DNA of 64,000 nt from Candidatus Omnitrophota bacterium (GTDB lineage: Bacteria > Omnitrophota > Gorgyraeia > Gygaellales > Profunditerraquicolaceae), in NCBI GenBank assembly GCA_043823435.1, contig JBDRAV010000016.1, positions 1,122 to 65,121 on the forward strand, read 5' to 3'. The position numbers and the translations under genes are program-made. Of the stretch, positions 17,314 through 26,826 are shown piece after piece (the first letter of the stretch is position 1; each line of letters starts with the position of its first letter). The notes beneath the pieces are model-generated. The model was not told the origin of the DNA, searched no databases, and saw only the letters and a program-made list of their open reading frames with translations.

Positions 17314-17405
17314 AATTGAAGGTTATCTTCTCGAATATCATCTTGAATAAAAGTATTGATTCCGATAAAAGCCTAGCAAACCTTTTCGCATACGCTGAAA
17401 ATCGG

Positions 17406-17434
17406 TTGTGTAATGCAGTGCAATAAATTATAAT
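17406..17434 (+). promoter_or_regulatory. Candidate promoter for tRNA-Met
   Basis: TTGTGT (17406-17411), 17-nt spacer, TATAAT (17429-17434). The tRNA begins at 17445. Confidence 0.45.
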
Positions 17435-17444
17435 ATTTCTTCAT

Positions 17445-17521
17445 GGCGGAGTAGCTCAGCCTGATAGAGCACGCGGCTCATACCCGCTTGGTCGGTGGTT
17501 TAAATCCACTCTCCGCCACCA
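17445..17521 (+). tRNA. tRNA with CAU anticodon (elongator Met, or Ile2 if lysidine-modified). CCA is encoded.
   Basis: Cloverleaf read by hand. Acceptor GGCGGAG/CTCCGCC, D arm GCTC-AGCCTGATA-GAGC, anticodon arm CGCGG-CTCATAC-CCGCT, T arm GGTGG-TTTAAAT-CCACT, 3' ACCA. Lacks initiator features. The T loop has T at position 56 and the D loop has A at 19. Confidence 0.85.
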
Positions 17522-17694
17522 ATTTTGTGTTCGTTTAGTTAATCGGCAAAATTGCTTCTGAGAGTGGTCCTCTTGAGGACATACTCTTCATCATATGCTC
17601 TTAAATATCTGTGATGACTCCTGAGCGAAGCGAAGGAGCTAGCCACCCATATATCAGTTTCCAAAAGTGAGTTTTATATAATAGGGGGTGTAGC

Positions 17695-17898
17695 ATGAAA
17701 GTGATATTAGTGTTAATATTGGCATTTTTGCTTTCTGGTTGTTTCTTTGTGATTAGGAATGAAGACAAGATAAAAATTTACGGTAACCCCAAAGAAACGG
17801 TACTGGATACTATTAATAAAATAGACGGGGCTAAAACAGAGGATAAACGGGAAATCAAAATGTTTAAGAAGAAGGAAGAGCCCCAACGTATAAAATAG
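17695..17898 (+). CDS. Small putative lipoprotein
   Basis: 67 aa. Signal peptide with lipobox MKVILVLILAFLLSGC. Lysine/glutamate-rich tail. No family recognised. Confidence 0.55.
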   Translation: MKVILVLILAFLLSGCFFVIRNEDKIKIYGNPKETVLDTINKIDGAKTEDKREIKMFKKKEEPQRIK

Positions 17899-17922
17899 CT
17901 TTTACTTAGCCATAACATACTG

Positions 17923-19530
17923 ATGAAGAAAAATAAAGATCAGGATTACTCCCTGGACGTCTTTAACAGCATTCCCGACCGGGCCTTTATCATAGACCCG
18001 AAAGACTATACCATTATCGACGTTAACAAAACCTACCTTAAGAAAGAGGGGGTGGCTAAAAAAGATGTAATCGGCAGGAAATGTTATGAGATGGACCATA
18101 AAAAGTTCTCTCCCTGTAAAGGCACTTTCGAGGAGTGCCCTTTAAGAAAAACGCTGAAGAGGCTCAGTCCTGCCACCTGCGAACATATCCATTACGATAA
18201 TAATAATAACCCTTATTATGTAGATATAATCACGTCGGTCATTAAAGATCCTTCTGCCAAGAGAAACCTTATACTTCATCTTTGCCGTTCCAGCCAGTTA
18301 CTTAAAAACATCAATAAAAGTGTAAGCGAAGAAAGCAAAAGATATATCACGCAACTGAAGGATCTGGTCATTAAAGACCCGCTTACCGGAGTTTATAACT
18401 ACCGCTATATTATGGAGAGATTGCCAGAGGAAGTGTACCGTTCTAAAAGGTACAATGACCCGTTTTCTTTAGCGCTTCTGGATATTGAATATTTTAAATC
18501 TATAAATGACGCATACGGCCATCATATAGGTGATAAGGCGCTGGCAGAATTTGCCGGTTTTATTAAAAACTCTTTAAGGAAGAGTGATGTTTTGGCGCGA
18601 TACGGAGGAGAAGAATTCATAATCCTGATGACCCATACCGATAAAATAGGCGCACAATACCTGGCTAACCGCTTAATAGCTAAATTGAAAAAGTATACCT
18701 TTAACATAGAAAAAGCCAAGATCAAATTAAAGATAAACATGGGTATAGCTACTCTTTCTTCGGACGAATATTGCGATACCCATGATAAATTACTTAGCGC
18801 AGCGGATAGGGCGACACAAAGGGCAAAAGAGTTTGGGAGCAGCACGGCTGTTGCTTATAGCGATTTATACAAGAACAGAAAAGGGCCGGCCCGTAAAGCA
18901 AGCCCTAATGAAGAGGTCAGTGTTTTGAAGCAGAAAATCAGCAAATTATCAGCGCGAGTTGACCGGGTGGTATTGGAATCAATGTATGCCTTTTCCAAGT
19001 CAATGGAAGCCAGGGATTATTATACCGCAGAACATGCCGACGACATGGTAGGTATTGTTTTGATGATCGGCAAAGATATAGGATTGAATCAGGATATGCT
19101 TAGTAACTTAGAAAGAGGAGCAGCGCTTCACGATATAGGAAAGATCGGTATAGACGATGCCATATTAAGAAAGAAAGGCAAGCTTACCTCAGAGGAGTAC
19201 GAGACGATCAAAATGCATCCTAGGATAGGGGCAGAAATAATCCGCGCCATGCATTTCTTAAAAGACGTTGTTCCGATAGTACTGTATCATCACGAGAGAT
19301 GGGATGGTTCGGGTTATCCTTCCGGATTAAAAGAAAAAGAGATCCCTTTACTGGCCAGAATAGTCGGGCTTGCAGACGCCTACCAGGCGCTTACTTCCGA
19401 AAGGCCTTACAGAAAAGCATACTCTAAAAAAGAAGCCCTGAAAATATTAAAAGAAGAAACAGGCACGCATTTTGATAAAGACCTGGTAGATGTATTGATA
19501 AAGTTAGAGCGCAATAGGAAATCCACATGA
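17923..19530 (+). CDS. Sensor-GGDEF-HD-GYP protein (c-di-GMP synthesis and hydrolysis domains)
   Basis: 535 aa. PAS-like, cysteine-rich N-terminus, GGDEF domain (RYGGEEF), HD-GYP domain (HDIGK...HHERWDGSGYP). Confidence 0.9.
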   Translation: MKKNKDQDYSLDVFNSIPDRAFIIDPKDYTIIDVNKTYLKKEGVAKKDVIGRKCYEMDHKKFSPCKGTFEECPLRKTLKRLSPATCEHIHYDNNNNPYYVDIITSVIKDPSAKRNLILHLCRSSQLLKNINKSVSEESKRYITQLKDLVIKDPLTGVYNYRYIMERLPEEVYRSKRYNDPFSLALLDIEYFKSINDAYGHHIGDKALAEFAGFIKNSLRKSDVLARYGGEEFIILMTHTDKIGAQYLANRLIAKLKKYTFNIEKAKIKLKINMGIATLSSDEYCDTHDKLLSAADRATQRAKEFGSSTAVAYSDLYKNRKGPARKASPNEEVSVLKQKISKLSARVDRVVLESMYAFSKSMEARDYYTAEHADDMVGIVLMIGKDIGLNQDMLSNLERGAALHDIGKIGIDDAILRKKGKLTSEEYETIKMHPRIGAEIIRAMHFLKDVVPIVLYHHERWDGSGYPSGLKEKEIPLLARIVGLADAYQALTSERPYRKAYSKKEALKILKEETGTHFDKDLVDVLIKLERNRKST

Positions 19531-19579
19531 ACCATGGCACTTCTTTGATTGCGCCAAGAAAAGTCCATAACTTGTTTGC

Positions 19580-20554
19580 ATGATTTTGGATAAAGTAAAA
19601 AATACTATCAGAAGATTCAGTCTGCTGGCTAAGGGCGACAGGGTCCTTATCGGAGTCTCTGGCGGCCCGGATTCCCTTGCCTTGCTTTATTTATTGAATA
19701 AACTAAAAAAGGAATTAAAGATTATTTTGCACGTCGCTCACTTAGACCATATGCTGAGGGAGGATTCTTCTAAGGACGCTGACTTCGTAGAGAAATTAGC
19801 CACTAAGCTTAAGATTGCCGTAACGCTGGGCAGGATAAATATCAAAGAGTTATCCAGGAAAGGTTCTCTTGAAGAGATTGCCCGCAATGCCCGCCTCGGT
19901 TTTTTATTTAAAGTAGCCAGAGACATAAAGGCGGATAAGATCGCCTTGGGACATAATCTTGATGACCAGGCCGAGACCGTGCTTATGCGCATTATCAGGG
20001 GTAGTGGTTTGTACGGATTATCAGGTATCCTCCCGAAGAGGAATATCGCGGGGTACGAAATCATACGGCCGTTGATAGAAATAAAACGCCGGGAAATAGA
20101 GGCGTATCTTAAGAAGAAGAAAGTGAGGCCGCGTATTGACGCGTCTAATTCAGAGGATGTATATTTCAGGAATAAGGTCAGGAATAGACTCTTGCCTTTA
20201 TTAGAGAAGGAATACAACAAAAATATCAAAGAGGTATTAAGCAATATGGCAGAAAGTACGGGTTACGATTATGCTTATTTAATAGATGCGGCCAACCGCG
20301 CAATAAAAGGTTCTAGTGGCAGGATTAATCTCAAGATGCTTATAAGGCTGCATCCTGCGATACGTAGATTAGTCTTACGTCTGGGTATTGCGGTGGTAAA
20401 GGGAGATACCCGAAGGATTACTTTTCAGCACATCAAGGAACTGGAAGACCTCGCTTTTAACCGGCCAGTCAACTCCATAGTCGACCTGCCTAAAGGGATA
20501 TCGGTAACCAAGAAGAAAGACCAAATTTCTTTTTACCGTAAGCCCCGACATTAA
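19580..20554 (+). CDS. tilS: tRNA(Ile)-lysidine synthetase
   Basis: 324 aa. PP-loop GVSGGPDSLAL. tilS-ftsH synteny. Confidence 0.92.
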   Translation: MILDKVKNTIRRFSLLAKGDRVLIGVSGGPDSLALLYLLNKLKKELKIILHVAHLDHMLREDSSKDADFVEKLATKLKIAVTLGRINIKELSRKGSLEEIARNARLGFLFKVARDIKADKIALGHNLDDQAETVLMRIIRGSGLYGLSGILPKRNIAGYEIIRPLIEIKRREIEAYLKKKKVRPRIDASNSEDVYFRNKVRNRLLPLLEKEYNKNIKEVLSNMAESTGYDYAYLIDAANRAIKGSSGRINLKMLIRLHPAIRRLVLRLGIAVVKGDTRRITFQHIKELEDLAFNRPVNSIVDLPKGISVTKKKDQISFYRKPRH

Positions 20555-20561
20555 TAAATAC

Positions 20562-20590
20562 TTGATTTTATAAATATCTGCATATATAAT
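20562..20590 (+). promoter_or_regulatory. Candidate sigma-70-type promoter for ftsH
   Basis: TTGATT (20562-20567), 17-nt spacer, TATAAT (20585-20590). GAGAGGAG Shine-Dalgarno before ATG 20614. Confidence 0.5.
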
Positions 20591-20613
20591 AAAATTTTAC
20601 AGAGAGGAGATAA

Positions 20614-22509
20614 ATGGTAAAGCCCAATATTCCTAAGTCTAACAAAAACAAAGTATTTAGACGCTTTCCCTGGATCTGGATAGCGGTGGTATTCCTTTTT
20701 TATCTGCTATTTAATTCTTTAACCGTACCTTTGACTGGCGTACCGAAAGAGATGTCTTATTCTGATTTCTATGCCCTTTTAAAGGAGAGCCCTGAGAATA
20801 TCGATTGGGCAGCCAAAATAGAAGGAGGGTTGAAAGTAGAAGGGGAGTTAAAGGATAAGACCGTTTTCTTTGTGTATGTCCCGGATAATGATCCTGACCT
20901 ACTCGCTCTGATGCGCCAGAACGTTAAGAATTTCAGCGTTAAGCCCCCGCGTACCTTATGGACAAACCTCATTTATTCGCTGGGCCCGGTAGTCCTGCTT
21001 ATATTCTTTTGGTGGATGATGGCGGCAAGGGGTGAGCAATTGGGGAACAGGATAATGGGTTTTGGCAAAATGCGACCGAAGATCCATAATGACCAGGATG
21101 CAGAAAAGATTACCTTTAATAATGACGTGGCGGGTGTAGATGAAGCTAAAGAGGAATTGCAGGAGGTCATTGAGTTTTTGAAGGACCCCACGAAGTTCCA
21201 GAAATTAGGCGGTAAGATTCCTAAAGGAGTTTTATTGGTAGGGCCTCCCGGCTGCGGAAAGACATTGGTCGCCAAAGCCGTTGCAGGGGAAGCAGGCGTG
21301 CCTTTCTTTAGCATATCCGGTTCTGATTTCGTGGAGATGTTTGTCGGCGTTGGTGCAAGCCGCGTGAGAGATTTATTCGAGCAGGGGCGCAAGGCAGCAA
21401 AGGTCTCAGGTAAGGGCGCGATTATTTTTATTGATGAAATAGATGCGGTAGGGCGCCTACGTTTTTCGGGGATAGGCGGCGGGCATGACGAGAGGGAACA
21501 AACCCTGAATCAGCTCTTGGTCGAAATGGACGGTTTCGCAACAGAGCAGGGCTTGATCCTTATCGCCGCGACTAACCGCCCGGATACATTAGACCCGGCA
21601 CTTTTACGCCCGGGAAGGTTTGACAGGGTTATTGTGATAAACCTCCCGGATATAGCCGGAAGAGAAGCTATACTCAAGGTGCATACCAGAAAGATAAAAT
21701 TAGCTCCCGAAGTCAATCTGAAATCTATAGCGCAGCAGACCTCGTTATTTTCAGGGGCAGATCTCGCAAATCTGTGCAATGAGGCAGCGCTCTTGGCCGC
21801 CAGGGGTAACAAGGAAGCTGTTCAGCAGCATGATATGGAGGCATCTATAGAGCGCGTGATCATGGGGCCTGAGAAGAAGAGCAAGGTAATGTCTAAACGC
21901 GAAAAAGAATTGACCGCGATTCACGAGGCAGGGCATGCCATACTTTCATTGCTTATCCCGGAGGTGGATCCAGTCACTAAAGTGTCTATTATACCCAGAG
22001 GCATGGCAGGCGGCTATACCTTGACCCCTCCGCGTGAAGACAAAGGGTATCATTCCAAGGCAGAGCTTTTAGGTGATATCGCGGTAGCGTTGGGGGGGAG
22101 GGCATCCGAGGAACTGAATTTCGGCGATATAACCACGGGTGCTGCCCGTGACCTGGAATCGGCCACGCAGATAGCCAGGAAGATGGTCTGTGATTACGGT
22201 ATGAGCGAGCGTTTAGGGAACATCACCTTAGGCAAAAGCCACGGCCCGATATTCTTGGGAAGGGATATAGTAGAAGAGAAGAATTACAGCGATGAAACAG
22301 CCAGCATTATTGATGCAGAGACAAAGAATATTATTGATACGTGTTATCAACGGGCAAAGAAGCTTATCCAGGATAACAAGGAAAAGCTCAAGATATTATC
22401 CGATACCCTACTTGAAAAAGAAGTCCTGAGCGGCGTAGAAATCAAGCGTATGCTTGGTTTAGCAGATCCAGGAACCCCGGATGCGGATCCTTCAACCAAA
22501 CAATCATAA
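20614..22509 (+). CDS. ftsH: ATP-dependent zinc metalloprotease FtsH
   Basis: 631 aa. Walker A GPPGCGKT, second region of homology, zinc motif HEAGHA. Confidence 0.97.
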   Translation: MVKPNIPKSNKNKVFRRFPWIWIAVVFLFYLLFNSLTVPLTGVPKEMSYSDFYALLKESPENIDWAAKIEGGLKVEGELKDKTVFFVYVPDNDPDLLALMRQNVKNFSVKPPRTLWTNLIYSLGPVVLLIFFWWMMAARGEQLGNRIMGFGKMRPKIHNDQDAEKITFNNDVAGVDEAKEELQEVIEFLKDPTKFQKLGGKIPKGVLLVGPPGCGKTLVAKAVAGEAGVPFFSISGSDFVEMFVGVGASRVRDLFEQGRKAAKVSGKGAIIFIDEIDAVGRLRFSGIGGGHDEREQTLNQLLVEMDGFATEQGLILIAATNRPDTLDPALLRPGRFDRVIVINLPDIAGREAILKVHTRKIKLAPEVNLKSIAQQTSLFSGADLANLCNEAALLAARGNKEAVQQHDMEASIERVIMGPEKKSKVMSKREKELTAIHEAGHAILSLLIPEVDPVTKVSIIPRGMAGGYTLTPPREDKGYHSKAELLGDIAVALGGRASEELNFGDITTGAARDLESATQIARKMVCDYGMSERLGNITLGKSHGPIFLGRDIVEEKNYSDETASIIDAETKNIIDTCYQRAKKLIQDNKEKLKILSDTLLEKEVLSGVEIKRMLGLADPGTPDADPSTKQS

Positions 22510-23698
22510 AGAATTAAAGAAATTGATGCAGGATATCAAGGTCGATCCCTATGGCATTGAGATCATGCTGCCTAAAGCGGTATGGCATCTAGTAAGGATA
22601 GATTCTTTGTCTTCGATCGCGGCAAATATACTTAAACAGGAGATGCTTTCTTTGGGGGGGGATGTAGCGGTATCCAGGGATACCCTTACTGGTAAGGTAA
22701 AAAAAACAGATTGCCTGGTTATGGCAAACCTCTCTCAATTTAACCGCCTTACCGAGAAGCTTAAGAAACAACCGTTCGGGCTGGATAGGATCGCGCGGGA
22801 TCTTAGTGAAACTATCACTAATTATCATAGGGATGAGTTTGGCCTTGACCTGGGGAAGTATAAAATATCCCTTAAGCAAGGCATGGCCTGTATCATGGGT
22901 ATCGTTAACCTTACTCCTGATTCGTTCAGCGGAGACGGGCTTTATAAATTGGGAGCAAGGAGTCCGGAGCGAGTAATAAACAAGATCGTTGACCATGTTC
23001 AGAAAATGGCGGAGGATGGAGCGGATATCATTGATCTAGGAGGAGAATCAACCCGCCCGGGAGCAAGGCCGGTTCCTCTCAAAGAAGAATTGAAGCGCAC
23101 CATACCCGTAATCAAGAAAATTGTCAGGAAGATCAAGGTACCCATTTCTATCGATACTTATAAGCCCGAAGTGGCAAGGCAGGCATTGGATAACGGCGCG
23201 GTTATGGTAAACAATATAACCGGATTGAATAAGGATATGGCAAGGGTAGTATCTAAGTATAAATCAGGCATCGTAGTTATGCATATTAAGGGTAGGCCGC
23301 CAACGATGCAGAATAATCCGGTTTACGAATCTTTAATTGATGAGATAACACGATACTTTAAAAGTGTGATAGATAGGGCTGCCGCTTTTGGTATAAGCAG
23401 GGAAAAGATTATTCTTGATCCGGGTATAGGTTTCGGGAAAAAGTTTGAACATAACCTGGAGATATTGAGAGGCTTAAGGGAATTAAAGGCCGTAGGCAGT
23501 CCTATATTGGTGGGACCTTCACGAAAATCATTCCTTGGTAAAATACTAAGCGCGGGGCCTGACGAGAGGATCTTTGGAACTTTGTCCGCCTGCGTATTGG
23601 CGGTACAAAACGGGGCAAATATAATTAGGGTCCATGATGTCAAAGCGGCAAAGCAGGCGATAGAGGTATTAAGCGCCATCAATAACACAAAGCGATAG
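22481..23698 (+). CDS. folP: Dihydropteroate synthase with an N-terminal extension of about 130 aa of unrecognised family
   Basis: 405 aa. The C-terminal 270 aa carry DHPS motifs (GIVNLTPDSFSGDG...DIGGESTRPGA...DPGIGFGK...RVHDV). The start is uncertain (overlaps the ftsH end by 29 nt). Confidence 0.9.
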   Translation: MRILQPNNHKELKKLMQDIKVDPYGIEIMLPKAVWHLVRIDSLSSIAANILKQEMLSLGGDVAVSRDTLTGKVKKTDCLVMANLSQFNRLTEKLKKQPFGLDRIARDLSETITNYHRDEFGLDLGKYKISLKQGMACIMGIVNLTPDSFSGDGLYKLGARSPERVINKIVDHVQKMAEDGADIIDLGGESTRPGARPVPLKEELKRTIPVIKKIVRKIKVPISIDTYKPEVARQALDNGAVMVNNITGLNKDMARVVSKYKSGIVVMHIKGRPPTMQNNPVYESLIDEITRYFKSVIDRAAAFGISREKIILDPGIGFGKKFEHNLEILRGLRELKAVGSPILVGPSRKSFLGKILSAGPDERIFGTLSACVLAVQNGANIIRVHDVKAAKQAIEVLSAINNTKR

Positions 23699-23707
23699 GG
23701 GAGACAT

Positions 23708-24493
23708 ATGTACATATTAAATTTTATCCATTCATGGAAGCCGATACTCGAGGTTCTGATACTATGGTTTGTAATATACCACATCATGCTTTTCTTTGAG
23801 GGCACGCGCGCGATACAGGTTCTGCGCGGTATAGTGATCCTCTCACTTTCTTTCCTTGTATTCCAGAAATTAGGGTTGGAGATACTTAATTGGTTGCTTA
23901 CGAAATTATTCGCCATATCGGTCATCGCTATCCTGATTATCTTCCACCCGGAGATAAGGCAGGGGTTGGCGCGGTTAGGCCAACGCCATATCTTCGGCAC
24001 CAACCTGAGGGAGGAGGAGCTGGATTATATATTAAGGCAGATAAACAGGGCAACTGACAACCTCTCTAAAAACAAGATCGGTGCGCTTATCGCCATAGAA
24101 AAATTCGACCCGCTTACCGCTTATATTGAAAGCGGCGTGCTTATTGACGCCCGTATCTCTTCGGACTTGATCGAGAATATCTTCATGCCTGGCAGTCCAC
24201 TTCATGACGGGGGGCTGATCATACAGCACGGTCGTGTCGTTGCCGCCGGGTGTATATTTCCTCTTACCGAGAATCATGATTTAAGTCGCAGGTATGGCAC
24301 GCGGCACCGCGCCGCGCTGGGCTTAAGCGAAGAGACCGATGCTATAGTGATCATTGTCTCGGAAGAAAGGCAGGATATATCTTTGGTGTACCGCGGTAAA
24401 ATATACAAGGATTTGACCAGGGAGGATATGCTTTTAAAGATCAAGGAGATCATAAAACTGAAGGAAGAAGATAATGGCGAAAGAAAAAATTAG
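23708..24493 (+). CDS. cdaA: Membrane-anchored diadenylate cyclase (DisA_N domain)
   Basis: 261 aa. Three N-terminal helices, then GALIAIE...SPLHDGGLII...GTRHRAALGLSEETDAIVIIVSEE. Confidence 0.94.
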   Translation: MYILNFIHSWKPILEVLILWFVIYHIMLFFEGTRAIQVLRGIVILSLSFLVFQKLGLEILNWLLTKLFAISVIAILIIFHPEIRQGLARLGQRHIFGTNLREEELDYILRQINRATDNLSKNKIGALIAIEKFDPLTAYIESGVLIDARISSDLIENIFMPGSPLHDGGLIIQHGRVVAAGCIFPLTENHDLSRRYGTRHRAALGLSEETDAIVIIVSEERQDISLVYRGKIYKDLTREDMLLKIKEIIKLKEEDNGERKN

Positions 24494-24614
24494 CGTTGTT
24501 TATCGCATTATGCACTGGTTTACTTATCACCCGTGGTTGAAGCTTATCGCGCTTATACTGGCAATCATGGTTTGGTTTTATGCCAAGGGCGAGATAAAGC
24601 TTGTTAACTACTAA
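24474..24614 (+). CDS. 46-aa single-helix membrane peptide resembling only the N-terminal anchor of CdaR/YbbR
   Basis: Not in the ORF track (under 60 aa). MAKEKISVVYRIMHWFTYHPWLKLIALILAIMVWFYAKGEIKLVNY. The start overlaps the cdaA end. Occupies the cdaR position but has no YbbR domains. Confidence 0.4.
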   Translation: MAKEKISVVYRIMHWFTYHPWLKLIALILAIMVWFYAKGEIKLVNY

Positions 24615-24625
24615 GCTAAGCCTTT

Positions 24626-25339
24626 ATGCTTGATTTAGGAGTAAATATTGACCACGTGGCAACCTTAAGAGAGGCACGGCACGGCATTACGCCGGAACCG
24701 GTGGTCGCCGCTTTAATCGCCCAGACATCCGGAGCAGACAGTATAGTCGTGCACTTAAGGGAAGACCGCAGGCACATAAAAGACAGGGACCTGCGTATCC
24801 TGAAGGATACGGTCAAGATAAAATTAAACTTAGAGATGTCCATTGCATTGGATATCGTGGATATCGCTTGTGAAATAAAACCCGATCAGGCAACGCTGGT
24901 ACCCGAAAGAAGACGGGAGCTGACTACGGAAGGCGGGCTGGATGTGGCCTCTAATTTTAAGAAGATAAAAGATGCAGCGGGCAGATTAGAGAAGGGCGGG
25001 ATAGCGGTGAGTTTATTTATTGACCCGGATAAAAAGCAGATTGATGCCGCTAAGAGATTAGGGATAGGAATGGTAGAGTTGCACACGGGGCGTTATGCCG
25101 ATGCCAGGGTTAAAAAAGATCAGGATAAATATTTTAAAGAATTAGAATCAGCGGTTAAATATGCCTGCGGAAATAGATTGCATGTTTTTGCCGGGCACGG
25201 ATTAAATTATTACAACGTATCCAGGGTCGCCAAAATAAAAGGATTAGAGGAGCTGAATATCGGATATTCTATAGTCTGTCGCGCAGTGCTTGTGGGTTTA
25301 GAGCGCGCGGTGCGGGAGATGAAGGCATTGATGAAATGA
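24626..25339 (+). CDS. pdxJ: Pyridoxine 5'-phosphate synthase
   Basis: 237 aa. LGVNIDHVATLREAR...HLREDRRHI...ELHTG motifs. Confidence 0.95.
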   Translation: MLDLGVNIDHVATLREARHGITPEPVVAALIAQTSGADSIVVHLREDRRHIKDRDLRILKDTVKIKLNLEMSIALDIVDIACEIKPDQATLVPERRRELTTEGGLDVASNFKKIKDAAGRLEKGGIAVSLFIDPDKKQIDAAKRLGIGMVELHTGRYADARVKKDQDKYFKELESAVKYACGNRLHVFAGHGLNYYNVSRVAKIKGLEELNIGYSIVCRAVLVGLERAVREMKALMK

Positions 25340-25692
25340 TAATTGGTACCGGAGTAGATATAACTGAAGTGAGGCGCCTGCGCCAGGCAGTAGAAAAGTG
25401 GGGCAGTGGTTTCCTTAACCGCGTATTCACCAGTGAAGAATTGGAGAATGCTAAGACCAGGGGCAGCCTTTATCAGCATCTTGCCGGCAGGTTTGCGGCC
25501 AAGGAGGCAGTATTCAAGGCGCTGGGCGATGCGAAATTGAACTGGAAAGACGTAGAGATAATGAATGACAAAGAGGGCAAACCCTCTTGCGTGATTTTAA
25601 ACGGCAGGGGCAAGAAGTTGGATGTACATATATCTATTTCTCACGTAAAAAATTATGCGGTTGCCAACGCCATTATTACGCAGAAGTCCTGA
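25336..25692 (+). CDS. acpS: Holo-[acyl-carrier-protein] synthase
   Basis: 118 aa. MIIGTGVDITEV...FAAKEAVFKALG...ISISH pattern. Confidence 0.92.
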   Translation: MIIGTGVDITEVRRLRQAVEKWGSGFLNRVFTSEELENAKTRGSLYQHLAGRFAAKEAVFKALGDAKLNWKDVEIMNDKEGKPSCVILNGRGKKLDVHISISHVKNYAVANAIITQKS

Positions 25693-26524
25693 CGCGCATA
25701 AAGGCGTTTTTGGACACATTCTTATTTTAGCCGGTTCATTGAGATTGTCAGGCGCGGCAGTATTGTGCGCGGGCGCAGCAATGCGCGCAGGGGCAGGGCT
25801 TGTTACTTTAGGTATACCCGAGAGCCTTGCGCGTCCACTGATAAAAGTAAAACCGCAAGAGGTAATGTTATTGCCTCTGCCAGAAACAGGCGACGGGACG
25901 CTCGGCGCTGGCGGATACGCGAGGATTAAAGGTTTTGCCAGAGATGCCGATATATTGGTAGTCGGGCCGGGGCTTACGCGGAATAGATCAACGCAGGCTT
26001 TAGCGCGAAAAGTAATAACAGGAATAGATAAACCCATGGTCATTGATGCCGACGGCCTCAATGCCCTGGCCGGGCATTTAGAAATATTATGCCTGCCGGT
26101 CGGCAGAAAGTCGTTAAACGCTAAAATATTGACTCCTCATCCCGGCGAAATGGCAAGATTGCTGGGTATCGGCGTCAAGAAGGTTCAGGCTGATAGAAAA
26201 GGCGTTGCGGATAAGTTTGCCAGAGGGAATAAAGTAACCGTAGTTTTAAAAGGGCATGATACCGTAGTTGCAGATTACAATGGGAATATGTTCATAAATA
26301 AGACCGGTAACCCCGGAATGGCTACCGCGGGAAGCGGAGATGTTTTATCGGGGATGATTGCGGCTTTTATCGGGCAGGGTTTAGGCGCGTTTGAGGCGTC
26401 GAAATACGCGGTTTATCTGCACGGTTTAGCCGGAGATTTGGCGGTAGCGGAAAAGACCGCGGTAGGGATGGTCGCCTCCGATATAATAGAGAGAATTCCG
26501 GAAGCGGTAAAAAAGTCTTCTTAG
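25655..26524 (+). CDS. nnrD: ADP-dependent NAD(P)H-hydrate dehydratase (YjeF C-terminal type)
   Basis: 289 aa. HKGVFGHILILAGS...DADGLN...TPHPGE...GNPGMATAGSGDVLSG motifs. Confidence 0.92.
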   Translation: MRLPTPLLRRSPDAHKGVFGHILILAGSLRLSGAAVLCAGAAMRAGAGLVTLGIPESLARPLIKVKPQEVMLLPLPETGDGTLGAGGYARIKGFARDADILVVGPGLTRNRSTQALARKVITGIDKPMVIDADGLNALAGHLEILCLPVGRKSLNAKILTPHPGEMARLLGIGVKKVQADRKGVADKFARGNKVTVVLKGHDTVVADYNGNMFINKTGNPGMATAGSGDVLSGMIAAFIGQGLGAFEASKYAVYLHGLAGDLAVAEKTAVGMVASDIIERIPEAVKKSS

Positions 26525-26541
26525 ATAAGTAACGGGTTTAC

Positions 26542-26614
26542 GCCGGCGTAGCTCAGTCGGTAGAGCAGCTGTTTTGTAAACAGCGGGTCGGGGGTTCAAT
26601 TCCTCTCGCCGGCT
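26542..26614 (+). tRNA. tRNA-Thr (UGU). CCA is not encoded.
   Basis: Acceptor GCCGGCG/CGCCGGC, anticodon arm GCTGT-TTTGTAA-ACAGC, T loop TTCAATT. Confidence 0.9.
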
Positions 26615-26621
26615 TAAATGA

Positions 26622-26719
26622 GCGCACAAATTACGAATACTGTAGTATGAGTAATTTGTATGCGCGAATTTATTCCGAGCATACGCAAAAATTATGACAG
26701 AATTTTTGCGTGTTTATGC
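26622..26719 (+). repeat. Two long hairpins in the tRNA-Thr/tRNA-Tyr spacer
   Basis: GCGCACAAATTAC (26622-26634) pairs with GTAATTTGTATGCGC (26651-26665). ACGCAAAAATT-ATGACAG-AATTTTTGCGT (26683-26711) is a perfect 11-bp stem with a GACAG-containing loop. Confidence 0.75.
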
Positions 26720-26743
26720 GAAGAGTTAATTATTGACAATGAT

Positions 26744-26826
26744 GGGTAGGTACCCAAGTGGCCAAAGGGGGCAGACTGTAAATCTGCTGCGCTTGCGCTT
26801 CAGAGGTTCGAATCCTCTCCTGCCCA
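26744..26826 (+). tRNA. tRNA-Tyr (GUA), long variable arm. CCA is not encoded.
   Basis: Acceptor GGGTAGG/CCTGCCC, anticodon loop CTGTAAA, long extra arm typical of bacterial tRNA-Tyr. Confidence 0.9.

Noticed and set aside
23323-24003. A 226-aa minus-strand ORF, the longest antisense ORF in the track
   Set aside because: It lies entirely antisense to the strongly conserved folP and cdaA genes. It has no recognisable motifs. It is a typical shadow ORF.
26426-26629. Track ORFs overlapping tRNA genes (26426-26629 minus, 29595-29813 minus)
   Set aside because: The translations read through the tRNA-Thr and tRNA-Pro sequences, so these are artefacts.
26733-26738. TTGACA just before tRNA-Tyr, considered as its promoter
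   Set aside because: It lies only 5 nt before the mature 5' end, so it cannot serve as a -35 element for this tRNA.
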